Source of the DNA: Lingula anatina
Lineage: Eukaryota > Animalia > Brachiopoda
Length of the DNA: 64,000 nucleotides
Assembly (NCBI GenBank): GCA_051362555.1
Contig: CM120646.1
Coordinates: forward strand, 21,266,001-21,330,000
Direction of reading: 5' to 3'
Below are positions 36,569 through 51,624 of the stretch, piece after piece (position 1 is the first letter of the stretch; the number at the start of each line of letters is the position of its first letter). Position numbers and translations under genes: made by a program. Below the pieces are notes generated by a model. That model did not search any database, was not told the origin of the DNA, and was given only the letters and a program-made list of their open reading frames with translations.

Positions 36569-37901
36569 TACCACCACGAATAGAACAGCCACCCACCCAT
36601 ACTACACTCTCGCTATACAAAAATGTATACCCTTGCCCTGTCAAATCCTTAATATTTGCAGAACTGATGACATGCGACTAATGCCATGCAGGCAAATGCA
36701 TAATCCTGGTTGATTTATACGATAATCGTTCTCTGACAGCTGTTTCGTATTGACTTATATCCTTCTGAACCAAGCACGGTGTCCATTAAGGTATGAAGCA
36801 AATGCTCCCCGAAGATAAGAGCCTTGGAGCAAGTTTCTAATATTACACTGGTAACCAGGTGAAATCGTTGGGCACTAGAATCTCTTAATCCTACATTTCT
36901 CAGCTGAATGAAATTTCACAAAAGATAATGAATTGGAGGGGGTTGAAACCGTTTCGAATGCAGTTCATTAAAGCTTCACCTCTGTGTTCTGTAAGAATCT
37001 TTGTGTGCAAATTATGTGAAATAGGTACGAGCGGTCAAGGAGTTTTAGCACTGACTATCAAAAGCCAGAACTGGTCCAATATATGAAAGTTTCTCGCCAG
37101 TGATATTTTTGTCACGTTATAGGTACCAGTAAAATCTCACACAGAACGTGAAACTGCTTTGCGACAACTTTCTAGAAAGCCTGAGTGTCATATACCGTAC
37201 AATACAATGCAGCGTGGATTAGGAACACTACACCGGAGACGCAAATAAAGAAAGAGCCTAGTAATTAAATCGCGTTTCCCTGTTATTTCACACGTAAGCT
37301 CTGAGCCTGGCATTGCATCCGTTCCATTGAAAGTTATCCTGTTTCTCGAGGGGAGATAAACATATTTCATTAATCTGTTTGGGCATTGTTCCAGCTATGT
37401 GTTAAGGGAGTGCATGGGATCCAATAGACCGATAGGTCGATTACACGAACAATGGCTATATACTATCTAGCATTGAGTTTTAGCAATTTTCCTTACTATC
37501 ACGAAACTGGATAATAACTTATTTGCAATTAGATGTAATTTGATCGTAGGTCAATCAACTTTTTTTCCATACTGCGTGCATTGTCTCTATTGCGTGCTGT
37601 CAGATTGGAAGCGTTGAGTTTCTCAATTCAAGAGCGAAATATGGACACTTTGCAATATAATAGTGCAACGCAGTAACATATCTTAGGTACTAAAGTCCTG
37701 AAGCCAGTAGATTGCATTCAACAAAGTAAACGTTTCATCCGATATGGCGTATTGGTATCAACCAATGCACAGTTCACACACACAAACGTGCTTTCACTGT
37801 TCATAAGGTCGGTGAAATTTGGTGGGAGAATTCACGCAAATTGGCCGTTTAAGTGCGCTCTGTCATAAGTTGTAGAGTGTAAAAGAAGTTAATACAAACA
37901 G

Positions 37902-38110
37902 AAACTAGAAAAGTACTCAGAAAAACAATAAATATTAACTAATAATTAAATATTGATTATTTAATGGGTCATCACCAAAATCTAATCATTTTTAAGTAAG
38001 CCTATCATGAACATTTTCAAATTCCATAACTTTTTAAGGTAAGCTGGTGACGAACAAACAGATAATCAGACAAACACAGGCGGAAGTAATTATTCATCTT
38101 GCGAGATACT
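37902..38110 (-). mobile_element. Degenerate HINE/Helentron-type element (reverse copy of the 46151-46388 family)
   Basis: aaactagaaaagtactc, atcaccaaaatctaatca, ccataacttttt and acaaacaga repeats match the reverse complement of the 46.2-kb element. Confidence 0.55.
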
Positions 38111-41100
38111 TAGGATACCAATTTACCAGATTCCACACCTTCAATTTTCTTGCATTATCTAATTATGAAAATTAGACCCAATCTTGTAGCATAAGACATT
38201 TACTGGAACAAATAAAGAGGCCCTGTAAGGCATCTGACTGAAACGAGTCCGGGATTGGTGCATACGGAAGATAATGTAACAGTATTTTGTTTTTCTGTAG
38301 TAAGCAAGCAGATTGGAAATAGTAAATGAGTTATATTTGCTAATGACACCAATGAACAAAGGAGTGCACACAATTATAAATCATAAATAATGAACGAGTA
38401 ATCGTGTGAACTATACTAAACGAATAAATGAACGAAGTTTATGAATTCCCTAGTTATAAAACACGGAATTGGTGGCGGAACACAGCGTCATAAACTTGCG
38501 TGCTAATTGAATTTCAAGGGCATTTTCCACACAGCCAACAGTAATGCAGCAAGAAATTTAGGGTTTCAAAGCCAATCATTGCCACTGCGCACGTAGAAGC
38601 CATTGAATCTTCTTTCAACATCACTTGGCTTCTCCTATCTCTAAGTGAGCAATAAAATCGTTTGATGCATTTCATCTGGCATAAAATACCTTGACTTGGC
38701 GACATGATAACTCTATTTCTCCATTAGCACCCTCTAATAGCTAGTAACAGTTTGTTTCAGCTTGAGTGCCCCGCTAACGTCACAGAAGATAGCCCGGTGC
38801 ATTAAGCTGATCGTCTGCGCAATTTGGGCAATCGTCTGATCTATTTGGATGGATCGTACTTAAACCATTTGGCCCATTTGTCAAGGTCCCCAAAACATTT
38901 TCCATACCTTTCGGACAAATCTTTCCCATTCTTTTTTGTTAATGCAAAGTGATTTTTATAGTTAATTCAGGATGCAGTAATTGTCCCAGAGAGAAACCCA
39001 AACCGTTTGAAAAGATTTACTTCGATTCATGACTACAAATGGCACATACATCACCCCCACTGAATGCAGAGGCGGAGGGGGTGGCAGGGGTAGAGGCGGG
39101 GGGGGGGGGGGGGTGAACAGAACCTTCCATTAAAACGCTGAGGAAGTTTCAAGGCCATTAACTAAAGAGTGTCATTATTTGAATGAGTTAATCGAGTGCC
39201 TTACTGATATATCGATATCTGTTGAAAGCCAACGCCATAGATCCCGACGTAAGAGCGTTTATCTGGTTTGGGATGCACTAAATTGCGTCTTATCTTTGGG
39301 ATAAAGACCGTGATGCTGTAAATTGTTTTTATATAAGTATATACTGGCTGAAAGATCCCGAAGACGCATAAAACTGGCTGAAGGATTAATGCGTGGAAAT
39401 CAAATGCAGATGTCTTCCGATCATTGCCTCAATCAGGCAGTGCAGCTGGATGCAATCGGCAAATGAATGCCATTCCGGCACGTCTTGTATCTGGATGCAT
39501 ACGACTTATTTATTCGAGGCAAACACGTTCGGGAATTCAAACACCCATCTTTTGCATTCAATTGAGTCTGTAAAACTAACTCAGGTTTAAATAGAAAACA
39601 AAACGTAAAAACAAGGCAGATTAACAAAAAATATTCTTAACATTGCCCTTTACTTCCGTGAAAATACAATTAGATTGGTTCATTCTGTCAAGAAAGTTAA
39701 GCGGAGTTTTGACTGGAGGGGGGATAGCATTGTTCTGAGGCAATGCATTAAACTGTATTTTAATTGTATTCAATTTCTGTACAATCGATCCCACGGCATC
39801 CAGGACCTTCTCACTCCTCTTGGTAACGTTCAATGATATTAAAATGTCGCCCGAGAGCCATGAGATTTGAACCCTACTTCGTCCCGGAGCATTCCTCACA
39901 ATTGTTCGTCTTCTTCCCTCAGACAAAATCTATGTTTTGTGCAATAAAGTGATGACAGCAATACGCCCCACAGGCTGTCAATATCGATACGTTTTAAGTT
40001 GGTTCTGACTTTTTGCTGCAATAAGACACAACCTTCTCTTTTAACATGGGCTGAAATAATTGATGAGCCATGCACGCTGTACTGTAGTTTGATCATGTAT
40101 AATTATTGGTTTTAAGGAAAATTTTTATGAGAAAACTATACAAAACTACCTGACCTACGTGGTAAAAAGTACTTCTGACCGTTATTTAATTATATAAACT
40201 AAAGTATCCCTTCCTCCATGCTTGTATTCTCTGCGATCGACTCGTATTAAACGACTAACAAGGGACAGGATGGGAAAGGGTGAAAAGGATACTTGACACT
40301 CCGTCTTCACTTTGAGCCATGGCGTAAGCCCAGTAACAGTGCATTTCAGCCCGAAATTAAAGTACAGCAATCACGGCAGTCGAGAATCCGACATGAAAAT
40401 TGATCAAGTTGTCAATTCCCACATTTAAACTGTCAGTTTCGCACTTTCTCAGATAAGTCCTCCACGATACGCAGACAGAAAATTGCATCCTCAGCTAACC
40501 AGACTGAAAGACTAAATGCTGTGCTTGGCACTACATCGCAGTGGTACTTGACTACTTGAGCGCTTCTATAAAAACTATTTTTATTTCTCTTCATCTCTGC
40601 GTCTGATCGAAAGCAGCGTTGGTAAATGTGATAAACTTTTTATCTTCAATAGACCAAAAAAAAAAAAAATACATATCCATCTTTTGCAATTATAAAAAAG
40701 AAATATTGCGACATGTTCCATTAACACCGCAAATTTTGCCTACCTAAACATAAAAAGAACATAGAAAAGAACACAAAAATAGAAAATATGGTCTCTAATT
40801 AACTGAAGGCCAACTGGACATTTTCGTGACAAAATGGTGGGGGCGCCACAAGGTATGGGTTATATGGCTTGCTGCTAATAATCCTCACACACAACCCTAG
40901 TGAAGACATTCTACCAGAAAGTGAAGGTGTCAGTTTGTGTAATATTCCGATAATTGAAATACCATAAAGTCGCAAAAACAAACAAACAAACAAACAAACA
41001 AACAGAATCAATCAAACATGATAGCTAGAAACATTGTAGCTATAGTGAAATGTATAAGTAATCATTGCATTTGCGTCCATATGTCACGTTTATTTTCTAT

Positions 41101-44100
41101 TATCACATTCGAAATCAGTTCCAATTTAGCGCCAGGAAAGTAGATATTCGTTTGCTTCTGGTTCTCCTGGAACTTGGCTTGTTAAAAAAAACCTTATGGG
41201 ATTCCATTTTCTTCTCTTTAAGCCATTTATTTATTCAAAAAAGCAATAATGACATGGAGTAAATCAGAAGGAAGTTGATTCGATTTTTTTTTTTCATTTT
41301 GGAAATCGCCTTTACCATTTTCGAAGGACATCTCTATCGCAAATAAAACTAAGAGCAATAATAGTAGACGGCTTCTGCAGCAATACATAGACAGTTTCAT
41401 GCAGACGTTTATTGTTGATTTTTCTTTACAATTGGATAAGCCATACAGGTTTGTAATTAGCGTTACGAAAGGAGAAGGTCGCAGATAAAGTCAACAAACA
41501 AACACTGCGTGGCGAGACAGAGCTATAATTCTACTTTAAACAATACTCGTAATCTAATGGCCCTAAACAGGCGACAAACTAGTCTGTTCGTCATGCACAT
41601 TATAAGTGTAATCAATATAAATTATTTCATTACAGTGCAATTAGAAGTAAAAATATCCTTCATATGCTTAATCTATGAAACAATCCGATTTTTATTCCAA
41701 TAATGAGGAAAAAATTGCCTACTTCTATAAAACATGCATTTTGTTTTTTTGTACATATACCACGGCACAAGTAAGTTGTGTATGGATGATGTGCAATTAA
41801 TGGAATAATCTGAAGGAATGGTCACCCCCATAGGCCTCATAGGGTATACTACCACGATATTTACTATATCGTTTTTTTTTAAAGATAAGTGTTCTGAATG
41901 ATTTCTGGCACCAAAGCGACTGCATTATCTCTGAGCTTTTTTTTCACAATTCACAATGGCTGCCAATGATCGGAAACTTAAGTACTTCTTTACCTATGAA
42001 CTGAAAACCAAGACCGAATTACATATTTTGGCTCAACTTACCATGACTGAATTAATCGTCGAAGGCGTTTGTAACATTCAGATGCTGGGCATTTATTTGG
42101 TTCCGTTCTCAGATTAGGCTATATTGCATTCACATGATTAAAAACATGCAAATCAATGCATATTTTAAAAGAGTAGGAACAAACGGACTACCAAGAACCC
42201 ACAAATTTCTTTTGAGACTGTTTAATTGCGATTTGAAGTCTCAATTTAGACCGATTTTGGTAACTTTGTGGGGAGATGATTGGCAATCCATAATTGGTTT
42301 AACAGATAGCAGAATGCAGTTAATTTCCAAATCTTCTAAATGCTGTTTTACTGTATTCAGTCCTACTGTCTATTCTATTCTATTGTGCCCTGTTCGTACC
42401 GACGTGGTTCACTCTCATTCCAATATTGCACAATCCTACTCTGCCTATTTCTATACCAATACGGCAAACATTGACAAAACGATGACAGATGACAAGCATC
42501 AACCTAACACTCATGGAATATAAAATATCATTTTACTTGGAGATTTATCCTGATTCTTTGTGAATGTGTTAAAATGCAATTCTTTATAATAAGGACGCTC
42601 GTGGCATTTGTAATCAAGATGTATGCGCCAGCTAAAAAGTCAATTTGGGTGAGAAAAACACCAACTGCCTATGAGCAAGTCATTTCTCTACGAAAACTGC
42701 CGCAGGTTACAGAATAACACAAGTTCTGCCACATTTTACCGTCAACTTTGTGTCAAATACGTTAACTAAGTCGACTGAAATACAATTACATATCAGTTTT
42801 TGGCGTCAAAAAGACATTTCAATTACCACGCGTAAGCGAAATCAAGACTGAATGCCTAACCCAACCCTTATATATACATGACTTTATTTGAGCGCTGACG
42901 GTTCATTATCGCTTGAAGGTACATCATCGGCTAGTACTTGGTCTATTCATGTCTGTTCTGTTATATTCTAGTCGACTCTTCATTATTTAGCTCTAATCTA
43001 GTCTAGCCTACTCTACTCTAGTGCAAACAAGTCTAGTTTTTCTGATCCGTTCCGTCAAATTTTGGTCCTGGCTACTTCATTAAATCTCGTAACGTACTTT
43101 TTGTCTGTTCTGTTACAATTGCATTACAACCGGTATTTTTTTCCATTTCATTATGGTTCCCTTTTAAGAAAGGTTTGAAAAAGTCAATTCCAGGAAACGT
43201 CTATATCACTCAAGTTAACTGACAAGTGCATTCATCAGACTTCAAGCATAAACTTCTACAGTCCTTGGTGTTAGGCGTTATTGGAGCAGAGTCGTCTCAA
43301 GCATCCATCAACCGATTCCAAGAAATACGCACTTATGCCTCCAATACCTTTTTGTTTTACCAATGATTTCATTTTAAGAAACGTTTTATCGCTTTAAGGA
43401 ACTGGCAGCTCTAAAAGTATAATATAATCATCTTTTTTTACTTTACACCTGTCATTTAATCTATTATTATTATAACAAGCCAGTTGGTCTTTGCCAACGC
43501 AACCTGATTTACTGTTGATGCTCAAAATTTCTTCTGGCTTTTTTAGGGAAAATATAGAAATCAATGCGGCGCTTCCTTAGGTCATTTTCTTCATTCGTAT
43601 CAAATTATTCTATACTGCCTAGGGTTAAAATTTATCATCAGCTAGAATCGTAATAATCTTTTTATCTTTTAAGAGAAAAGAAAACGTTTGACTTCCCCGC
43701 AAGCGTATATGCGCCAATAATACTATGATATATCTTTCCTTGAAGAACCCTTCATTCGAAATACCACTCGTTGATGCCCTTTCTTACATTTAAAGCTAGA
43801 ATAGAATTTACTTCAAACCGGCGCTAAAAAAACGCCTTTGAAAAATTTCACGGTAAGAACACTGTGCTTTAAAGATTTTTTGCTTTTATGGACTAAATAC
43901 ACTTCATTGTTCCTGCGTTTGAGCAATCACTAAAAGCATATACTACTTACTTTTTATCCTCGAATCCAGTTAGTAGAAAGACTTCAGATTCTATAAGGTT
44001 TCTTCTTTTAAATGACGGAACGTAAGCGCAGTAACGAATATATTTTCACGCGGCTCTGTAGTGTCCTCTGATTGGCTCTTGTTGTCGTCTGCTGTTTTAG

Positions 44101-44547
44101 TATTGAAAACTAATAGTATGCCGAACAGTTTTGATGCGTCTCAACTCATAGAAAAGAGAATTGTAAATACTGAGAGTTCCCAGGTCGATGCAGCAAAGTG
44201 GGCGACGGTTGGAAGTCGCTGCCTTTTAAAGCTAGAGCTCTGTCGCTGACGCAATTGGATGCATGGAGAACTATCGATTCTTTGCTCACATCACAGCGCG
44301 TGCCTTTTGTATTCGCCGGAGAGTCAGTTTACCTTTTGTTATTTCGTCATGATTCACCTGAAACACGATATAGGACCTTCTTGCATTACTCTAAATTAGT
44401 TTAACAAGGCTGTGATTACCCTACTCTTTGCAGCTTAAATCTGCTTAACAAAGATCTGTGTTGAAAACAACTGTGTGTCTTTAGTGGCCTTAGTTCAGCA
44501 ATGTTGCACACAACAGGTGTTATTGTTCGAAAGACTTGTTGTCTGCT

Positions 44548-44675
44548 CGAAAAGTGGCATCCTGGTATTTTTATCTTTACAAATTGACACAGACTTAGCA
44601 TTCTATTAGATATAGTCTTTAAGACATACAGGGACTTTGGATAAATTAAAGGAATCCTTTAAACCATCCACTTAT
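44548..44675 (+). repeat. Dispersed repeat fragment; second copy at about 47766-47880
   Basis: cgaaaagtggcatcctggtatttttatct...ttagcattctatta...ctttggata...aggaat is shared by both sites. Confidence 0.7.
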
Positions 44676-46150
44676 CTCTCTCTATTTTTTTTTGGGGGGG
44701 GGGGGGGGGGTTGCATTTAGGTGTAAGACGTGAACGAAAACGACCAAGGTTAATAGAGCTTGACTGTGACGTTTTTAGTACAGACAAAACGCGTCAAAAT
44801 GATAATCAGTAAATTAATTTCCGGTCTACGAAATGTGTCATAGGTTAGTTGATGAACGGCAAAGAGTCATGACAGTTTTCATCTGATTGGGGGTTTAGAT
44901 ACGGGGGCGGTGCCAAAGATCTGGGAGGGACACGCCCATCCCCCCTCTTTTTGCCCATCTCACCATTTTGGATAAAGATATTTTCTCCAAATGTGATTTA
45001 CCACTTGGTGCTTTTAGCAGTATTTCTGTGGGTGATTTTCTTTCGAAATAGTGAGATGTTGTGTGGAAATGTATTTGTTGATGTGACAAAATAAGTTCAA
45101 GTACTTAAAAAACCCATGCTTGCTGCACTATACTGATGTCATGTAGGTATGTACGCATTGTCTTGGGCGTCAAGGCAAAGTTGCGGAATTTTCTATTAAT
45201 TGTCTTCAAACTATTGTTATTGTTAGTAATAATGGCATAATGACTGTAATGGCTGTATTTGTGTTTTAATTGTCCATGCATGTGTTAGGGGAATAAAGTT
45301 TAATTAAAACAGACGAACCCAGCAAGGAATTTCATCAGATGTTACAAGAAAATATCCTTCCAACGACAACTAAAATCAGACTTACTACAAATCCCAAATT
45401 TCAACGTCTTACATGTTGTTTTCGGGAAGAATATGTCACTTTGTATTTGAGAAGTACGTGTAAAGACTAAAGTGATCATGAAGTCAGATAATTTAAGCAC
45501 GTTCCCGTCTTTGTAAGCAGGTAGGTCAATAGGCTAACACCAGCGTCAAATGGAATCACTTTTCTAGCCGTAAACAGGTACTTCTATGGCTTTGGCATGT
45601 GTTAGGCAACCAGAAACTACCATGGCCCTGAAAATGGCCCAAGAAGTCCACCGGCCCAGGTTACTACTTCACTTTGTCCTGAGACCTCATCGCCCACTGG
45701 CGTAATAACACACCTGCTTGGAATCTATCTGTTTTGATACTAATAGAATAATGCTTTTTATGGCTCTCTTTAAGTAGCGATCCCTGTACGTAGCAAGCAT
45801 CGTTTTCCTGCTCAGTGATTCCACAGTAGTGTCTCGTATGGTGCTTCTTCCACGAGCTCTACATCAACAGAGTGATACAGGACACTCGCTCGTACGACAC
45901 AGGTTTTGTTTTAACCTACAAACCAGCTATCAAACTATACACTTTTTTGACACATAACTTTTCCATGGTGGAATCAAAAATATTTGGCGGAATTCTTGCA
46001 AGTCAGATCTAAGTCGATTAAATAAAACAGTAATTAGTGATCGAGGGGGAGACAGTGATGTGCCGCGATCCGTGCAGTATTTGCTGCACTCTGGCTTGAC
46101 CGCACCGCGCCAGAGTAAAGAAACAGATTTCGATAAGTGACGGTCTTTTT

Positions 46151-46385
46151 ACCTCCGCCAAGGAGGTTATGTTTTAACCCTTGTTTGTCTGTTTGTCTGT
46201 CTGTCATCAACATAACTCAAAAAGTTATGGACAGATTTTGATGAAATTTTCAGGAACTGTCAGAAGTGGGCCAAGGAAGAGATGATTAGTTTTTGGTGGT
46301 GATCTGGATCAATTATCAATCAATAATCAATAATAATCAAAAATCGCTGCCTTGGCGGAGGTATGCGCTCACGGAGTGCCTTTCT

Positions 46386-46388
<3 letters not shown>
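46151..46388 (+). mobile_element. Helentron-associated non-autonomous element (HINE / DINE-1-like)
   Basis: Subterminal inverted repeat ACCTCCGCCAAGG (46151-46163) / CCTTGGCGGAGGT (46350-46362), internal (GTCT/GTTT)n microsatellite, 3' stem-loop gcgctc-acg-gagtgc, CTAGT end, T-rich insertion site. Confidence 0.8.
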
Positions 46389-46437
<49 letters not shown>

Positions 46438-46707
46438 TAACCGGCGTGACAACAGACAACAGAATCGGAAAGCTGCCACTAACTGCGGAGAGGCAGGGTA
46501 GGGAGATTGAATAAAATACATGATAGTTTCACTGAGTCGGTGCTGCTGGTGTAATAATGCTTTTCAGGTACTACAACATTTTCACAAGGTTTCCTTCTGT
46601 TGCTACAATTACTGTTGTCCTAGCTTTCAGCGTTGTTAATGAGCGACTACTTCGTGACGATCTCTTTCCAAATAAAGAATAATGAAGTCACGACATACAA
46701 TGAAAGT

Positions 46708-46810
46708 GGATATAATGTCTTAAGTGTGATTGGTCGATTAGACATGGGCATAACGTCTTAAGTGTGATTGGTCGATTAGACCTGGACATATAGCGTCTTA
46801 AGTGTGATTG
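46708..46810. repeat. About 40-bp tandem repeat, about 2.5 copies
   Basis: gtcttaagtgtgattggtcgattagac repeated directly upstream of MITE copy 2. Confidence 0.85.
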
Positions 46811-46835
46811 TCATTTGGTGATTAAGACGTTCTTA

Positions 46836-47381
46836 GAGCGCATTCTCAACGAAGTAAGCCAGGCTTTACAAAGCCGGTGACCTAAAAATGGCGGACGTAC
46901 ATGAAAGAAAAACCGCCTAATCTTTTAATAGTCTCTCCGCCTCCCCACACGTCGTCCCTGCGGGGTACAGTAATTAAATCGCGTCTCCGTTCGCCATGCG
47001 GAAGCTACCTGAGAAATATTAAGTGCGCATGCTCATCAGTTAAACTCGTGGTGAAGAAAGCATGGCGGCTGAAGGCGATCGAAGGAAAAAAGCTCTTCTG
47101 TTCTATTATCTTTGAAAACAGAGACGAAAAAGGAATAATTTGGCCCGTAGAGCAGCAATGAATCGACTATCTACGGAGATAATATCACCAGAGATATTCA
47201 CGGAGATATTAATGTTCGGAGCCGAGATTTAATTACTGTACCCCGCAGGGACAACGTGTGAGGAGGCGTGTGAGAGGCGGAGAGACTATTAAAAGATTAG
47301 GCGGTTTTTCTTTCATGTACGTCCGCCATTTTTAGGTCACCGGCTTTGTAAAGCCTGGCTTAATTCGTTGAGAATGCGCTC
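46836..47381. mobile_element. 546-bp MITE, PIF/Harbinger (Tourist-like), copy 2
   Basis: Same TIRs as 18191-18736, with 3-bp target site duplication TTA/TTA typical of PIF/Harbinger. Confidence 0.92.
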
Positions 47382-50300
47382 TTAGAATGACTTACAATTA
47401 AATGTAAACAGAGCTTAATTTACTGTATTTTTAACAAAAATTACACAACATAAGAAGGATGACGCCCACTTTTGTGTCAGCGTCTCCAATTATACTCAGC
47501 ATTGTCCACATTAACGATACACTTAATTAGTGAGAATCTTAAAATGAAACTCACAGTTTATTGATGTTCTGCTGATGATACGAAGGCCTTGTAACTACAT
47601 GCTTTCACGAAGAATCTTCCCTATTTGTGTCCATAGTCAGTTCACGTACGAAAAATCGTCAATTCCCTTGATATCCATAGTTGCCGTTTCACTCTTTCAC
47701 CGACTTGTGCGTTTTTCCCATTATTAATTGTGTCTATGGCAACACTTTTTAAAATCCCCTCTTCCACGAAAAGTGGCATCCTGGTATTTTTATCTGTACA
47801 AAAATACACAATTTAGCATTCTATTAAACATACAGCGACCTTTGGATATATTACAGGAATTCTTTCAAACAATCCATTGAGTATCTAATGGGCGGACCAC
47901 GTTTGGCAGAATCGGTACCCATTGGCAACCAACAGAGCGCACACTTTATAGAAATGGATAGAGTCATTACAATGTGACAATGACGTAAGCAAACAAGAAT
48001 GGACGGATTCTGTCAGTAATAAGAGACTTTTTAAAAAAAACACGGGTAACTGAAAACTGTACAAAGTTAAGAAACAGTGATTTGCAGAGAGATGTCAGAA
48101 CAAAAGAAAATGCAAATTGCTGTGCGTCTTCTGTATTCAGACGTTGGTAAATCTGATAATTATATGCATCATGTCTAGTGGCACTCACAATTAAAGGTAC
48201 ATACGAACCGAGCATCGGTGGAGCGTGGATTCCCAGTAACACATGTAAACCACTTCTTCTAGATTCTTATATGACTCAAGTTAATTCGACATGCCAAGGG
48301 ATAAACTGCACAGATCACTCGATCAGCTATAAAAGACCTTTAGACTGCTCCTTTCTTAAAATTTTTGGTTGTAAATTTACTTTCGTGACCTACTTTCCTG
48401 CCCCATTGATATACAGCTTAGAATGCCAGCAGAAAAATCCGTTCAAACATCATTTTCGGGTAAAATTAAACAATGCCTTTTGGTAATTCTCTTACTTATA
48501 CTACTTGAAACTATATGCCGGCATTTGGTTGGTTTTTGGAACAAAAAATTGACTTTGTATGCATCTTTAATAATAAAAAAAAAGATTCTTCAGATTGTAT
48601 TTCAAATATTGTGGGTTTCGATTTCTCGAGACGTGGGTTGCAATAACTATGTAGAGTCAGTATACGGCATGAGATGACATCCTTGACAATCTTTCTGAAC
48701 CTTCTAGAACTTCTGTACTCAGACATATTACGAACAAACTTAAAAAATGGTAAACCTTATGTCCACCCATACTTTAGAATTAGGATTAAAATGCATAATA
48801 TACGTGTTGGAAATTTCCGTGAAGTCAGATGTCCAAATATCCTTTCCGATTCATATCTTCAGAACGATAATCACTCATATAAGAGAACCTGACACCGGAT
48901 ATTTGAAATATCAGGAAAACATGGCAGTCTAAATTAATGATAACTCGTTTAGAAGAAGTTTTTCGATTAGAAACGATACAAAACATGGGATTCAAGTGCA
49001 GAAATAGGTTGATGCGTGGATAAGAGATGATAGATTTTTTTCTTGAGGAAAAATAAATTTGGGGCAAAAATTCTGAATCTGATACCCCAAAAGGTACTTA
49101 CTATTGAGAAAAATTGTCCACATGGAGTTAATTGCTCATATAGAGACTGAGAGTTCGTGTTTAAGGAGACTCCGCCCCATATGAAATCCATACGGGTCAG
49201 GATTATCCTGACGTAAATAGGTCTAAATCTTGGACGGGGCTTGCTGTACAAATTAATGGTTGACTCTGTATCGAGGAACTCTGTCGTGCATGTCGCCAGC
49301 AGCATGGGACAAGAAAGACCATCACTGTATTGGGGCGACACTGAAGGCGTTCACTTTGGGTCACTAAACAAATAGCAATAAAGCAAGAGGCCAAAGAAGT
49401 CAGGAAAAGAGAAAACAATCGACACTGCAAGGGATTCGAAGATAGAAAATCGAATTAAGAAGGTCAAATAAAGAGGTCTGTAATCACAAATTGTTGATAT
49501 TTTGGACGAATGAGTTATTGTTTAATTCACGGAAGCCATTTCCTTTTTTTCCTCTTCAGGGCAATTCATCTGCTCGGTTTCTTGACTGACCAAGTTTCAC
49601 ACTAAACAGACACGTTTATGTCAAGCTACATTGAGCAGTTTCAGAATAGAATACACACATGATCAAATGTCTTCATTAGAAATATATTCTTGTAGCTCTT
49701 AAATTTGAACCTCTATCATTTTATTTTACAAGCATACAATAGCGAACTTTAGAATAACAGAAGTGAAGTATAAATAAAAACACCGTTTCTGGAATTTGCA
49801 GATCTAAAAGCAATTTGGTATATTCTTTAAATATACAGTATATTATACGGGCGCCTTTTCGATCTACGATTTAACTCCCAAACATCGAAAACTTGCACGG
49901 ATTCCACAAAGTGCTTATTGCGAATGTTCCCACCGTTTCATCTGTCAACTGTCATGAAGATATAGTATTATTTCACCAAGGTTCCAACGTCGGTTCTGTA
50001 GAACAAACACGTATCATTAGACCAAATGCCTACAAACGGAATATAAGCCATTAGCAACAGTTAATCATCAGTTGTCAATTTCTACCCACAGTTTTGCCAT
50101 AGCTTAATGTTCCTTTCAGGAAGAACTCATAAAAGGCTTTGTGGGTCCAACACAACACAGGTGACAGGTCAATTTATAACCTTATTACCACTGCTGAATA
50201 GATAACATTTAGATAAGAGGTAGAGTTCCACCAAAATGGCCTTGAAATTAGGGTCAAGTGTATCCATAATTGATCTATCAGCGAAATGTTGCCCGTCTTC

Positions 50301-50643
50301 CTTTTGTGCCCATCATCTGTGTTATTTAACAAGCATACGTGTTATGCCAAACAGGTACGTCTGCCAAAAGGTAGATGTGGTCATTAGGAAGAATGGAAAA
50401 CGGCATGTTTTCAGTTTGTGGATTTTGTTTATATCCAAACATATTAAAATCATATTAATAAATACAGAAGCTGTCCTGATGGGGTAGCTAGTATAAAAGG
50501 AGAACTGGTGTTGGAGTGATTTTAATGTTACCCTCACCATATACACCGGCGTGCATATATATAGCCGGTTCCACACTGAAAAAAGGTCATCAGAATTATA
50601 CCTTTAAAGTCATCTTACATGTATCTCCACATTGTGTTTTGAA

Positions 50644-50684
<41 letters not shown>

Positions 50685-51624
50685 CCTGAGCGAATTTTCA
50701 TTCCATTTGACATATGTAAGTAGAATTAAATTACGAATTAGAATTATCAATTGTGGCAACAGAGAATTGGGCTAGACGAATAACCATGCTGCAAAAATAG
50801 AAATAAATGTAATCTTTAAAATAAGTAATAAAATACACTTGGCCTTTTAAAAGAGGACGTTGTTTTGTTTACTGTTTCGGTGGATAATAATAAACATTAA
50901 TTCAAAAATTTTTTTCAAATAAAAAGTATAATGTCTGTTGTGAAAAGATTGTAATTTCCCAACTGATTCCGTATGGAATTACTTAATCTGGAACGTTTTA
51001 CCAGTCAAACCTTGGCTAGTTTGTGCTTATTTCCAAGTCCACAGATCCCACACTCATCAGTCACCTGGTAGGAAACAACACGGAAACTACACCGGTTTCA
51101 TGTACAAGAGAATGGCACATAAAAGTCCGCCTCTGGGTTCAACCCACATACCCGAAACTGTACTGGATAATTCAGTTTCTTTGCATCGGTTTTTACATTG
51201 GTGTGAATACGGTTTTAGAGACTATCGTTGTACCAAAAGGTGGTCTTAATCATTTGGGCGAAATAACGCCTACTTAAATTCATGATAGAAAGTGCAATAG
51301 TACATTAAAATGGAAGAACCTCCGCTTTTAAAGAGAGGCCATTTCTTTCTCTTATGTTTACATTTAAAAATTCTCTTGCCCAGTGTAACATATCCATATG
51401 ATGTCATAAGTTGTTATGTTCTCTTTAGATTTGGTACGGAGAAAAACGCTATGAATTACAATGTTAAGCGCGCAAACAGTTAGTTAAGATATGACAGTGT
51501 CAAGAAAAAGCATAAGAGATGGTTTAACCAAGTGACAAAATAATATTTACGAACACTTGCTTTGTTTACAAGGTTAGGGACCAGAAAAGGATATGACGCT
51601 GTTAAATCACGGACTATGGCACGA

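Noticed and set aside
39850-39920. B-box-like GTTCAAATC (minus strand); other A/B-box-like fragments near 31505 and 62920
   Set aside because: No cloverleaf can be folded. At most these are decayed SINE heads, too degenerate to call.
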